A DNA stretch of 64,000 nucleotides, from assembly GCA_965223295.1 (NCBI GenBank), contig CBDCWC010000002.1:1712459-1776458 (forward strand), read 5' to 3'. How positions within the stretch are numbered: position 1 is the stretch's first letter; each line of letters opens with the position of its first letter. Under the pieces are notes generated by a model. It ran no database searches, had not been told where the DNA came from, and saw only the letters and a program-made list of their open reading frames with translations. Below are positions 20,792 through 29,600 of this stretch, piece by piece. Source of the stretch: Nitrospirales bacterium. Its GTDB lineage: Bacteria > Nitrospirota > Nitrospiria > Nitrospirales > UBA8639. The position numbers and the translations under genes are program-made.

Positions 20792-21415
20792 CTAACATGG
20801 TGAAACCCGGATGGCCGCACGGTCATTCACCGTTCCACAGATATACTGACAGACCCCGCAACCCACACAACGTTTTTCATCCACTGTGGCCAGAAAAGCA
20901 CCAAAATCCATGGCTATAGCTTCTGTTGGACACTTGGGGATACAGGCATTGCAACCGTTGCCAGCCGTGCAGACGTTTCGAGAAACCTTCGCTACTCCCA
21001 TCTGGACATCATAGAGACTATCAAGAGGAATGAGAGCATCTGTTTCGCAGGCTTCAATGCAGGGAAAATCTTCACATAAGTAACAGGGGGCCTCTCCTGG
21101 ATAAATACCAGGTGTTTCTTGTAGGACCAACTGTTTGATCGCGTCATGTGGACAGGCATCGATGCAATCACCACATTTAGTACACCGCTCTACAAATAAC
21201 TCTTCCTGGACGGCCCCTGGAGGCCGAAGCCACCCAGTCTTTTCTCGTACCTTTTCCTCTGGTTCATCTTGTTGAGAAGGAGCATCTCGATGCTTAACAA
21301 ATTCCTGGACTGTCGCACCAAGAGACACCATGGAATGCCGGAGAAACGTCCGGCGCCCCAACTTTGGGTCACTCGCGGCGCTGTCAGAAGATGGACGCTG
21401 ATCTGGCATTGTCAT
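20792..21415 (-). CDS. NapF/NapG/MauM-like 4x[4Fe-4S] ferredoxin
   Basis: LRPPGA, CTKCGDCIDACP, CYLCEDFPCIEAC, CTAGNGCNACIPKCP, CVGCGVCQYIC; N-terminal RRTFL. Confidence 0.88.
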   Translation of the reverse strand: MTMPDQRPSSDSAASDPKLGRRTFLRHSMVSLGATVQEFVKHRDAPSQQDEPEEKVREKTGWLRPPGAVQEELFVERCTKCGDCIDACPHDAIKQLVLQETPGIYPGEAPCYLCEDFPCIEACETDALIPLDSLYDVQMGVAKVSRNVCTAGNGCNACIPKCPTEAIAMDFGAFLATVDEKRCVGCGVCQYICGTVNDRAAIRVSPC

Positions 21416-21438
21416 TGAAATGCGAACAACAGACCAAC

Positions 21439-22437
21439 CTATACCACACCTGAAGCACGCAACTTATACACTTCAACACATCGATCACAGGCGCCATACT
21501 CCGTATCCCAGCCCGGATGATTTTCACGAATAAAATCTAGAACAAAACCCTCCAACGTCTCTTCCATATCTTCTACCCACGAGTAGGTTGGAAAACGACA
21601 GAGAGGACAAGGAAAGCCAGGAAGCAACAAGGGTTTTGTTGGAACATCGGGGACTTCGCTGTCTTCAATTTCCACCGCCCGTTCAATGACTCGCGTGGTA
21701 TCCGAAGCCATTTCTACAAGTTCAGCATGAGTCAGATAATCCGTCTGCCACAATCCTTCAAACACAGACTCGACTTGCTCAGGGAGAATTTTTCGATACC
21801 AGGAACGAAATTCTCGGAACCGGTATTCCCGGGAAAACATAGGCTCTTTCCCAGACCGCGCAATCCGGCTATCCACATGCATACTCCAGAGGACTCGGTA
21901 CCGATTCAAAATCAAATGTTCTTCACCGGGGTTTAATCCGACTTTCGTGTCGGGGTCGTATCCAAAATTCTCATCAAGCATATCTGAAATATGCGTCAAT
22001 TCATGACGCAAGTACCGAGGAATCGCTGGATCATAAAATCGCCGGGGAATTAATTTAATTCCCACACCCTTTTTCCCCGCTTCTTCAAACTCGCGAGCCA
22101 ATTTTTCTTCAACGACGCCCCACTTCCTGAGAACATCCACACCTTCTTGATCTTCTTTCAACACGCCGCGGACCAGAACAATCCCTGTCTTATCCCTGAG
22201 AGCCGGGAAGTCATCAAAACCATCGCGAAGAATATCGGCAAATCCCCATTTTGCAAATAAATGCTGATAGAGACGTTTAAACTCCGGTTCACGGTCATCC
22301 AGAGCATATTGTTCATAAATTGGGTCGGCCAATTCGTGAAACTCATTATAATAAGTGGGGTCACCCTCCCGTTCGGTCTTTTCAGCAAAAGAGTCGATCA
22401 CTTCTTGCAGAAGGGCGGGCTGAAATCGAATTTCCAT
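21439..22437 (-). CDS. Hypothetical protein with an HExxH motif and a C-terminal CxxC...CxxC
   Basis: RHELTH, CPLC and CDRC; start at ATG 22437 with a GGAGG RBS. Confidence 0.75.
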   Translation of the reverse strand: MEIRFQPALLQEVIDSFAEKTEREGDPTYYNEFHELADPIYEQYALDDREPEFKRLYQHLFAKWGFADILRDGFDDFPALRDKTGIVLVRGVLKEDQEGVDVLRKWGVVEEKLAREFEEAGKKGVGIKLIPRRFYDPAIPRYLRHELTHISDMLDENFGYDPDTKVGLNPGEEHLILNRYRVLWSMHVDSRIARSGKEPMFSREYRFREFRSWYRKILPEQVESVFEGLWQTDYLTHAELVEMASDTTRVIERAVEIEDSEVPDVPTKPLLLPGFPCPLCRFPTYSWVEDMEETLEGFVLDFIRENHPGWDTEYGACDRCVEVYKLRASGVV

Positions 22438-22581
22438 GAACAAGCCTCCGTGTACGTCCACATCACCATCAAAGGGATAGTTGGCGATGTTGCCTCAATA
22501 ATAGATAACGACATTTCACGCAACGCGATGCGCCGCGTCTTGACTCACTTCAAAAGTGGCGTTTAGTATCAAGATGTTTGG

Positions 22582-22611
22582 ATTATAAAAACGGGTTTTC
22601 CGATTTGGCAA
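22582..22611 (-). promoter_or_regulatory. sigma70-type promoter
   Basis: TTGCCA-N18-TATAAT on the minus strand, upstream of the 22437 gene. Confidence 0.5.
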
Positions 22612-22692
22612 GCGAACCCCGGGCATTTCATATCATGTTGACATTCATTATTTAGACGTAAATTTTCAGATGACCAAGCGAGGACTCTTTTT

Positions 22693-23784
22693 ATGACACA
22701 GCCAACAAGCCCAGATACTCTGCCCCCTCAGACCGATCTTCCCCCTCAAGAACAGGAACCCGCTCCAATCTTAGACTCTCTCCCCTATTGGAAAAGCGGT
22801 ATTACAGAACTCAAGTCTTTTCGTGGGCATTCACAAGAAATTTGGTCGGTATCTTTTTCTCTAGACGGACTCACACTTGCTAGTGGTGGGAATGACCGCC
22901 TTGTCCGTATTTGGGATATTGAAACTGGTCGGCTCCTGCGCTCTCTTCGAGGCCATACCGCCCGAGTGCGAAATGTTCAATTCAGTCCGGATGGCCAAAT
23001 GCTGGCCACGGCTAGTGAGGATAGAACAATTCGTTTATGGAATCCTCAAACAGGAGAGTCGGTCCGTCTACTCTTTACTCGCTACGACCATGCCGTCACA
23101 AGTATTTCATTTTCCCCTGATGGATTAATGCTCGCCCGTGCCGGCCAAAATAAAGATATCAAAATTTGGGAAATTACCACCGGGACCGAACTCATGACCC
23201 TATTAGGGAAGGATCAGTACGATCATCACTGGAGCGTGTGTACCGCTTTTTCTCCAGATGGGATCCATTTAGTGGCAGGAACTGATATCGGAAAACTTAA
23301 ATTATACGAAGTGCTGCCAAGTGGAGAAGAAAAAGTCGTGCATAATGGACACTGGCGAGATGAGGCCGATGACGAAGAGACAGAAAATCGCGGATTCTAT
23401 GTGGATGAACAAGGAGGCTTCCAGAAACCTATGGAATATTGGATCGGCGCCTTAACATTTACTCCAGACGGCGCAACCATGATTTCCGCCAGTCGGGATT
23501 GCACCATTAAATTTTGGGATATGCCGAACCTCAACGAACGCCGCACCTTAAAGGGGCATTCCGAATGGATCCGAAATCTCCTGGTCAGTCATGACGGAAA
23601 GGTCTTAGTCAGTGCGAGCGACGATGGAACCGCAAAAATGTGGGATATTGAGAACGGGCGGCAATTTCGCACCATCAAATCACATAAAGGCCCCGTGAGA
23701 GGGATCGCGTTGTCAGCCGATGGAAGATTCCTAGCTACCGCCGGAAATGACCGCGTAATTACTCTATGGGAAGGTGGTGCGTAA
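22693..23784 (+). CDS. WD40-repeat protein
   Basis: Repeated GH...V..V.FSPDG..LAS.S.D..I.IWD units. Confidence 0.92.
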   Translation: MTQPTSPDTLPPQTDLPPQEQEPAPILDSLPYWKSGITELKSFRGHSQEIWSVSFSLDGLTLASGGNDRLVRIWDIETGRLLRSLRGHTARVRNVQFSPDGQMLATASEDRTIRLWNPQTGESVRLLFTRYDHAVTSISFSPDGLMLARAGQNKDIKIWEITTGTELMTLLGKDQYDHHWSVCTAFSPDGIHLVAGTDIGKLKLYEVLPSGEEKVVHNGHWRDEADDEETENRGFYVDEQGGFQKPMEYWIGALTFTPDGATMISASRDCTIKFWDMPNLNERRTLKGHSEWIRNLLVSHDGKVLVSASDDGTAKMWDIENGRQFRTIKSHKGPVRGIALSADGRFLATAGNDRVITLWEGGA

Positions 23785-23815
23785 GCACACCTCAAAGCAG
23801 GAATACTTCCTGTAA

Positions 23816-23884
23816 GGGTTTGTTGATCGACAAAAAATTCCTGGCGAAATATGGCCTTTGATATCTTCATTATTCAACACTCCC
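23816..23884. mobile_element. 69-bp MITE-like element (family B) with a 5-bp target-site duplication
   Basis: Imperfect TIR GGGTTTGTTGA / TCAACACTCCC, flanked by direct TGTAA repeats at 23811-23815 and 23885-23889; homologous to 17941-18009. Confidence 0.7.
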
Positions 23885-23896
23885 TGTAACATTTGT

Positions 23897-25357
23897 TCAT
23901 TCGTCATTCCAATCATCACGATTTTCCTGAGCACCTTCTTTAGACCGGACAATCTCATAGCGCTTACATTTCTCCCACAGACCCTTTCGGGACAAACCCA
24001 ACACCTTCGCAGCGGTGGTTCGGCTCCATCCAGTCCTACGAAGTATTTCAAGAATATGGCTTCGTTCAAATTGCTCGCGAGCTAGGGCGAGCGTCTCCAT
24101 GCCCCCCCTTTTCATGCTGTTTTTCTGGTCTAGCTCACCGCAAAATCCACAATCTTTTTGGGGCTCTCCCCCCGAATACGGACAACGGCTTTGTCCACAT
24201 AAGTCCGCAACTTGAATTTCCGGAGATTGCTGAGCCAAGGCAACCGCCCGTTCGATCGTATTTTCCAATTCACGGACATTTCCAGGGAAACTGTAGCGAA
24301 ACAGCACTTCCCGAGCTTGCCGTGACAATTTCTGACTTTTTTGTTGATTCCTGGTAGCCATCGTATCCAAAAAATGTTGTGCCAGGGTCAAAATATCTTC
24401 TCGCCGTTCCCGAAGTGGTGGAAGCTGGATCGGCACAACATTCAAACGATAATAGAGATCCTCTCGAAACCGGCCTTGTTCGACTTCCTTACGCAAATCC
24501 TTTTGCGTCGCACAAACAAGCCGCACATCGACTTCAATCGTTTCATTTCCGCCCACTCTTTCAAACTGCCGTTCCTGCAACACTCGCAGTAGCTTAATCT
24601 GAACGACCGGTGAGATCTCACCAATTTCATCCAAAAACAGCGTTCCCTGGTGAGCCAATTCAAATCGTCCACGACGTTGTCGAAGGGCTCCGGTAAAGGC
24701 CCCCTTCTCATGACCGAACAATTCCGCTTCGAGAAGAGTTTCCGGAAGAGCAGCACAACTCACTTTGACTAAGGGATGCTGACACCTAAGACTATTACTA
24801 TGAATGGCATTCGCCACCAACTCTTTTCCGGTCCCGCTTTCTCCGACAATCAACACGGTTGAATCCGTATTCGAGACGAGCTTGACCTTTTCCAAAACCT
24901 GGTGCATCCGTTCGTTTTTTCCCACAATTCCCTGAAAACTCACTTTACGTTCGAGTTCTTCGCGCAAGACACGATTTTCTTCTCGCAGGGCCACCATTCC
25001 ACAGACACGTCCGACACTCAATAACAATTCATCCATTGAAAAAGGCTTCGTCATATAATCGTACGCGCCATCCTTCATCGCATGAACGGCCGTATCGACC
25101 GACCCATGCGCCGTAATCACAATCACTTCGGTATTGGGCCATTGTTCTTTGCATGTTGAGACGATTTGAAGCCCATCTGCACCGGGCAGACGCAAATCGG
25201 TAATCACCACATTAAACTCTGTCGCTTGCAATCGCTCCAACCCTTCAGAACCAGTACTGGCTTCCTGCACCTCATAGCCATCCGCCGTAAGGGCATCGAC
25301 CATAGAGACACGCATTAACGGCTCATCATCAACAATCAAAATCGATCCTTTGTTCAT
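23897..25357 (-). CDS. sigma54-dependent response regulator, NtrC/AtoC family
   Basis: REC domain (VDDE, TDLRLP), GESGTGKE, GAFTGA, FLDEIGE, PGNVREL, Fis-type HTH. Confidence 0.95.
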   Translation of the reverse strand: MNKGSILIVDDEPLMRVSMVDALTADGYEVQEASTGSEGLERLQATEFNVVITDLRLPGADGLQIVSTCKEQWPNTEVIVITAHGSVDTAVHAMKDGAYDYMTKPFSMDELLLSVGRVCGMVALREENRVLREELERKVSFQGIVGKNERMHQVLEKVKLVSNTDSTVLIVGESGTGKELVANAIHSNSLRCQHPLVKVSCAALPETLLEAELFGHEKGAFTGALRQRRGRFELAHQGTLFLDEIGEISPVVQIKLLRVLQERQFERVGGNETIEVDVRLVCATQKDLRKEVEQGRFREDLYYRLNVVPIQLPPLRERREDILTLAQHFLDTMATRNQQKSQKLSRQAREVLFRYSFPGNVRELENTIERAVALAQQSPEIQVADLCGQSRCPYSGGEPQKDCGFCGELDQKNSMKRGGMETLALAREQFERSHILEILRRTGWSRTTAAKVLGLSRKGLWEKCKRYEIVRSKEGAQENRDDWNDE

Positions 25358-28300
25358 GAACCAACCTTCACCATCGAGGGCACACGGGATCGAACCAACG
25401 GCAAACGAACAGTAAAACGTGTCCCATTGCCTTCTTCACTCTCGACCAACATTTCACCTCCATGTCGCTGGACGATTCCTAAACTCACCGACAACCCCAA
25501 TCCCGTCCCCTCCCCGGTTCCCTTTGTCGTAAAAAATGGATCAAAAATATGTGGACGCACATTTGAAGCAATGCCGCATCCATTGTCTTCGACAATAATG
25601 TCACAGACGTCTTCATGCTTGTATGTCTCAAGATTCACATGCCCTCCCTCTTGAAGCGACTGCACCGCATTTAAGACCAAATTCATAATCACCTGTTCAA
25701 TCATTGGCGCATCAACCATGACGAGAGGAAGTGCCCCATCATATTTTTTCTGCAGCACAGCCTGTCGCTCCACAAAGACATGCTCTGTTAACACACCGAC
25801 ACGATCTAAAATGGGGTGGAGGTCAGCCAATGCCAGTTCAAGTTCTCGCTGTTGCGAAAAATCTAGCAACTGCCGCACGATACGTTGCACCCGCAATAAC
25901 CCGTCTTCCATAAAATGTAAATATTCTTGAGAACGTTCAGGCGTTAACGTACCTTTGCGAATATTGTACAGACAGTTCAAAATGCCTCCTAAAGGATTAT
26001 TGATTTCATGAGCCACACCGGCAGCCAATTGACCAATTGACGCAAGACGTTCAGAGTTTTGCACCTGCTGTTCTAGTTGTTTGCGTTCGGTAATATCTCG
26101 AGCAATACCCAAAACCCCGTTCTGCCCGCCAGAATCATCAAGGAGCGGAGCCACGCTCACGAGCACCGACCGCAATTCTCCCTGTCGGCTCATGATCTCG
26201 ACTTCATAGACCTGCTTGGTCGCCATATCTAAGGTTTCCTGCAAATACCGACTCCGAAACCGCTTAGACAACAGAGACAAGTACGGCTTCCCGATTAAAT
26301 CTTCCTTTCGATATCCCCACGCTTCAACTTTGCCGTTCAAGTAGGTGAACCGCAAATCAACATCCAACGTATAAATAACATCATTCGCATTTTCTAACAG
26401 ACTTTCAATATACCCTTTGGCCTGCTCAATTTCTCGTGTCCGCTCCACCACCTTCTCTTCCAAAGCCTCATTATAGCGCTGAAGCGTCACCTCTAGATTT
26501 TTATGCTCGGTAATATCTCGCAACTGAACCATAATAGATGACCGAGGCCCCATATCAATCCGGACAAGATCCATTTCCATATACTTGAGCACACCGCGCC
26601 TATCATTCGTCTCAATTTCCGTGGTGGGAACCTTCGGCTCTCCTCCACTCACACGGTCCAACAAGTGGCAACTGGCTTCTTGAAACGCTGGCGAGATAAG
26701 TTTCAGGAATGAATCTCCCACTAAATCAGATGGAACATACCCCAGAATATCTTGTGCACGAGCATTCACATCCAACACCTGCCCATTCAGGTCCACCACA
26801 AAGATAGAATCCGCCGCTAAATTAAACAAGGCTTTATATCCTGCTTCTGAATCAGATAACTGTTGGGTCCGTTCTTTCACCAAATCCTCAAGTTGATTGG
26901 TATAGCGGGCCACCTCCTCCTGTAAGGCTTTTCTATCGGTGATGTCTCGCACAAAACCGCGAGAGAAGACAAGAGATTGTGTTTCGGAATCCACCAATGT
27001 CGTCGAATGGATTTCCACTTCGATCAGTTCTTCGGATTGAGTGCGAAAGACTGTTTCAATCCGCCGATTGCCATTCACTCCTAACCCCTGCACATAGGCT
27101 TTTACCGAATCTTGATAGTCAGAAGGCACGATATCCCATAAAAACATCTTCAACATATCATCCAGTGAATACCCAAGCTTCTTTAATTCGGTTGAATTCA
27201 CATGCACAAAGCGCCCCGAAGGGTCTAGTTGATGAATCATTTCCGGAGCATTTTCAATCAGGTCACGATACTTTTTCTCTAATCGCCCAATTTCATCTAC
27301 TTTTTGGTTCAACTGGGAAAATGTATGCTGAAGCTTTCCAGCCATCCCATTAAACGTTTGGGCCAAACGCTCAATTTCATCCCCTGTGTGAATATGAATC
27401 TGTTTCCCAAAATTTCCAACTCCGAATTCTTCTACCCCTTCTGATAATGCCTGGATAGGCTTCACGATTCGACCAGCAACGACAATGCCGGCAATCCATA
27501 ACATCACAAAAACACCAGCACCATAGGACAACACTTTCATTAACAATTGCTCCAACGGCGCGTACGTTTCTGATGGATCCTGACTGGCTAACATTTGCCA
27601 GGATTTCCCACCAAAACTCTGTGCGGCCAACGGCACCCCCATATGTAGGGGCGCATAGCCTACAATGGCATGCTGAGCGCCATGAGAATCAGGGTTTGCC
27701 ACTAACCATCCAGGAAGTCCTTGCTGAAATGCTTCGACTATGCTGGCGGGAACAGCATGCTCTTCCAAAGAAAAGGTTGGGCAAAGAATGGGCATCCCAT
27801 CAGTTGTAACAAGCATAGCATGTCCAGTTTTCCCCGCCGCCACTTCGGAAATGGAACGAAACAAGGAATCCCGTCGTAGAAGAATACTGATCGCTCCCAC
27901 GATCTTTTGGCGGGCATCATCCCAAATCGGCACCCCGACTTTCAGCACATGAGTGCCGAATCCTGGATCAAACGATAAATCACTGACAAAGGCCTGCGTC
28001 TCACCCGATTGCATCACAGCTTGCCACCAAAGGCTCGCCCCATGAAAAAAGCCAACCTGCGGAAAGGAGCTCATGACCAAGGCCCCTTTGTTGTCCACGA
28101 CCACAATCGCTAAATAATCCGCCTTCCGAATGGCATGCCATTGCGTCAGATAATCCGTAGCATATTTATTAATAAACACGGGGAACTCATTCTGCGCTGA
28201 TTGAGCCTGCCAACTATCTTGCCATTCCTGAATAAGGGCTTGAATTTCTTCCGCAGTTTTGTAGACATAACTCTTATTGGAGTTAATCACCGCACCTCGA

Positions 28301-28548
28301 ATAAATGGAATAGTCGCCAATTGCTGAGCTTCATTAATACTGCGAGTAATTTTGGTCTCAACTTTGCGCGCCACTTCAACAGCAATCCCCTTCATGGTGA
28401 TCCCAGCAGCTTCACGCAAGGCCCGTTTTTCTTCGAAATAGGTCAGGAGGAGGGAAAGCACGAGAGGCAGAAGACCCACCAGCACCATCGCCAGGATCGT
28501 CTTGCCTTTTAATTGGAGGGGAAACCCAAAGCCTGTCACTTTGGTCAC
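25354..28548 (-). CDS. Sensor histidine kinase (Cache-HAMP-3xPAS-HisKA-HATPase)
   Basis: Two TMs flanking a periplasmic domain, GDEIERLA HAMP, three PAS/PAC units ending RDIT, AHEINNPL, FFTTKGTGEGTGLGL; overlaps the regulator start. Confidence 0.93.
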   Translation of the reverse strand: MTKVTGFGFPLQLKGKTILAMVLVGLLPLVLSLLLTYFEEKRALREAAGITMKGIAVEVARKVETKITRSINEAQQLATIPFIRGAVINSNKSYVYKTAEEIQALIQEWQDSWQAQSAQNEFPVFINKYATDYLTQWHAIRKADYLAIVVVDNKGALVMSSFPQVGFFHGASLWWQAVMQSGETQAFVSDLSFDPGFGTHVLKVGVPIWDDARQKIVGAISILLRRDSLFRSISEVAAGKTGHAMLVTTDGMPILCPTFSLEEHAVPASIVEAFQQGLPGWLVANPDSHGAQHAIVGYAPLHMGVPLAAQSFGGKSWQMLASQDPSETYAPLEQLLMKVLSYGAGVFVMLWIAGIVVAGRIVKPIQALSEGVEEFGVGNFGKQIHIHTGDEIERLAQTFNGMAGKLQHTFSQLNQKVDEIGRLEKKYRDLIENAPEMIHQLDPSGRFVHVNSTELKKLGYSLDDMLKMFLWDIVPSDYQDSVKAYVQGLGVNGNRRIETVFRTQSEELIEVEIHSTTLVDSETQSLVFSRGFVRDITDRKALQEEVARYTNQLEDLVKERTQQLSDSEAGYKALFNLAADSIFVVDLNGQVLDVNARAQDILGYVPSDLVGDSFLKLISPAFQEASCHLLDRVSGGEPKVPTTEIETNDRRGVLKYMEMDLVRIDMGPRSSIMVQLRDITEHKNLEVTLQRYNEALEEKVVERTREIEQAKGYIESLLENANDVIYTLDVDLRFTYLNGKVEAWGYRKEDLIGKPYLSLLSKRFRSRYLQETLDMATKQVYEVEIMSRQGELRSVLVSVAPLLDDSGGQNGVLGIARDITERKQLEQQVQNSERLASIGQLAAGVAHEINNPLGGILNCLYNIRKGTLTPERSQEYLHFMEDGLLRVQRIVRQLLDFSQQRELELALADLHPILDRVGVLTEHVFVERQAVLQKKYDGALPLVMVDAPMIEQVIMNLVLNAVQSLQEGGHVNLETYKHEDVCDIIVEDNGCGIASNVRPHIFDPFFTTKGTGEGTGLGLSVSLGIVQRHGGEMLVESEEGNGTRFTVRLPLVRSRVPSMVKVGS

Positions 28549-28640
28549 ATCACAATACCCATGAGAAAGACTAACTCCAGAGAATCATTTACATTTTGAT
28601 AACCCTTTCTCCGAGCTGTCAAGAAATAAAACAGGTGTAC

Positions 28641-29561
28641 TTATTTGCCACGGCTTAGTAATTTCCCTTCAGCGCCTGGCCACAGGAGCAGTAGAGGACT
28701 GGCCACAAAGATCGACGAATAAGTGCCGACCATGACTCCCAACAGTAAGGCCAATGAAAAATCATGAAGAACTTCTCCACCCCACAAGGTCAAAGGCACC
28801 AAGACTAATACTACGGTCAGAGTGGTGACCAACGTACGGCTCAGCACTTGATTGATGCCATTATTAATGATATCAGACACCTTCTCACGGCGGCGGCGGC
28901 GAAGGTTTTCACGAATCCGGTCAAAAACGACCACGGTATCTGTCAAGGAATATCCAGCCAATGTGAGTAAGGCCGTCACCACGAGCAAGGTAATTTCCTT
29001 ATTCAACAGAAAATAAATGCCCAACACCACTAACACATCATGAAACGTCGCAATCGCAGCGGCCACCCCAAACCGAAACTCGAAGCGCACAGCAATATAG
29101 AGAATAATTCCTACCAGAGAAAGCACGATAGCAATCAGGGCATCTTCTTGAAGTTTCTTCCCGATAGTCGGACCAATGGATGTGCTTGAATCCACAACAA
29201 AACCATGATTCGCAAATTCTGTTTGAAAGGCGTCTATAATCTGCTTGCTGATTTTATCCTCAATGGTCGTTTCAGTTTTCACTCGAATGAGAAGCTTCTG
29301 ATCTTGAGAAAATTCTTGCAACTCTGCTTCCCCAAGACCATGTTTCTGCAGTGCCTTTCTTGCATCCTCAATGCTCAGGGCTTGATCAAACTTGAGCTGC
29401 ACCGCCGTTCCTCCAGCAAAATCAATTCCTAGATTGGCCCAACCCGCGATAATTCCCACTACAGCCAGAATTCCAAGAAAAATCAGAACGCCGGAGATGG
29501 CAAAAGCAATGTTCCGCTTTCCCATAAAATCTATAGAGGTTTGTCCCACAATTTCCATCAT
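28641..29561 (-). CDS. secF: Protein translocase subunit SecF
   Basis: LGIDFAGG, HDV, GYSLTDTVVVFDRIREN, GTYSSIF. Confidence 0.96.
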   Translation of the reverse strand: MMEIVGQTSIDFMGKRNIAFAISGVLIFLGILAVVGIIAGWANLGIDFAGGTAVQLKFDQALSIEDARKALQKHGLGEAELQEFSQDQKLLIRVKTETTIEDKISKQIIDAFQTEFANHGFVVDSSTSIGPTIGKKLQEDALIAIVLSLVGIILYIAVRFEFRFGVAAAIATFHDVLVVLGIYFLLNKEITLLVVTALLTLAGYSLTDTVVVFDRIRENLRRRRREKVSDIINNGINQVLSRTLVTTLTVVLVLVPLTLWGGEVLHDFSLALLLGVMVGTYSSIFVASPLLLLWPGAEGKLLSRGK

Positions 29562-29600
29562 GGCTGCATCATACTCCTATTCGTCATATACATTTGCCTC

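Noticed and set aside
22462-22692. sigma54 (-24/-12) promoter for the NtrC-type regulator in this and other intergenic regions
   Set aside because: No TGGC-N7-TTGC with correct spacing was found by eye; the targets may lie outside the window
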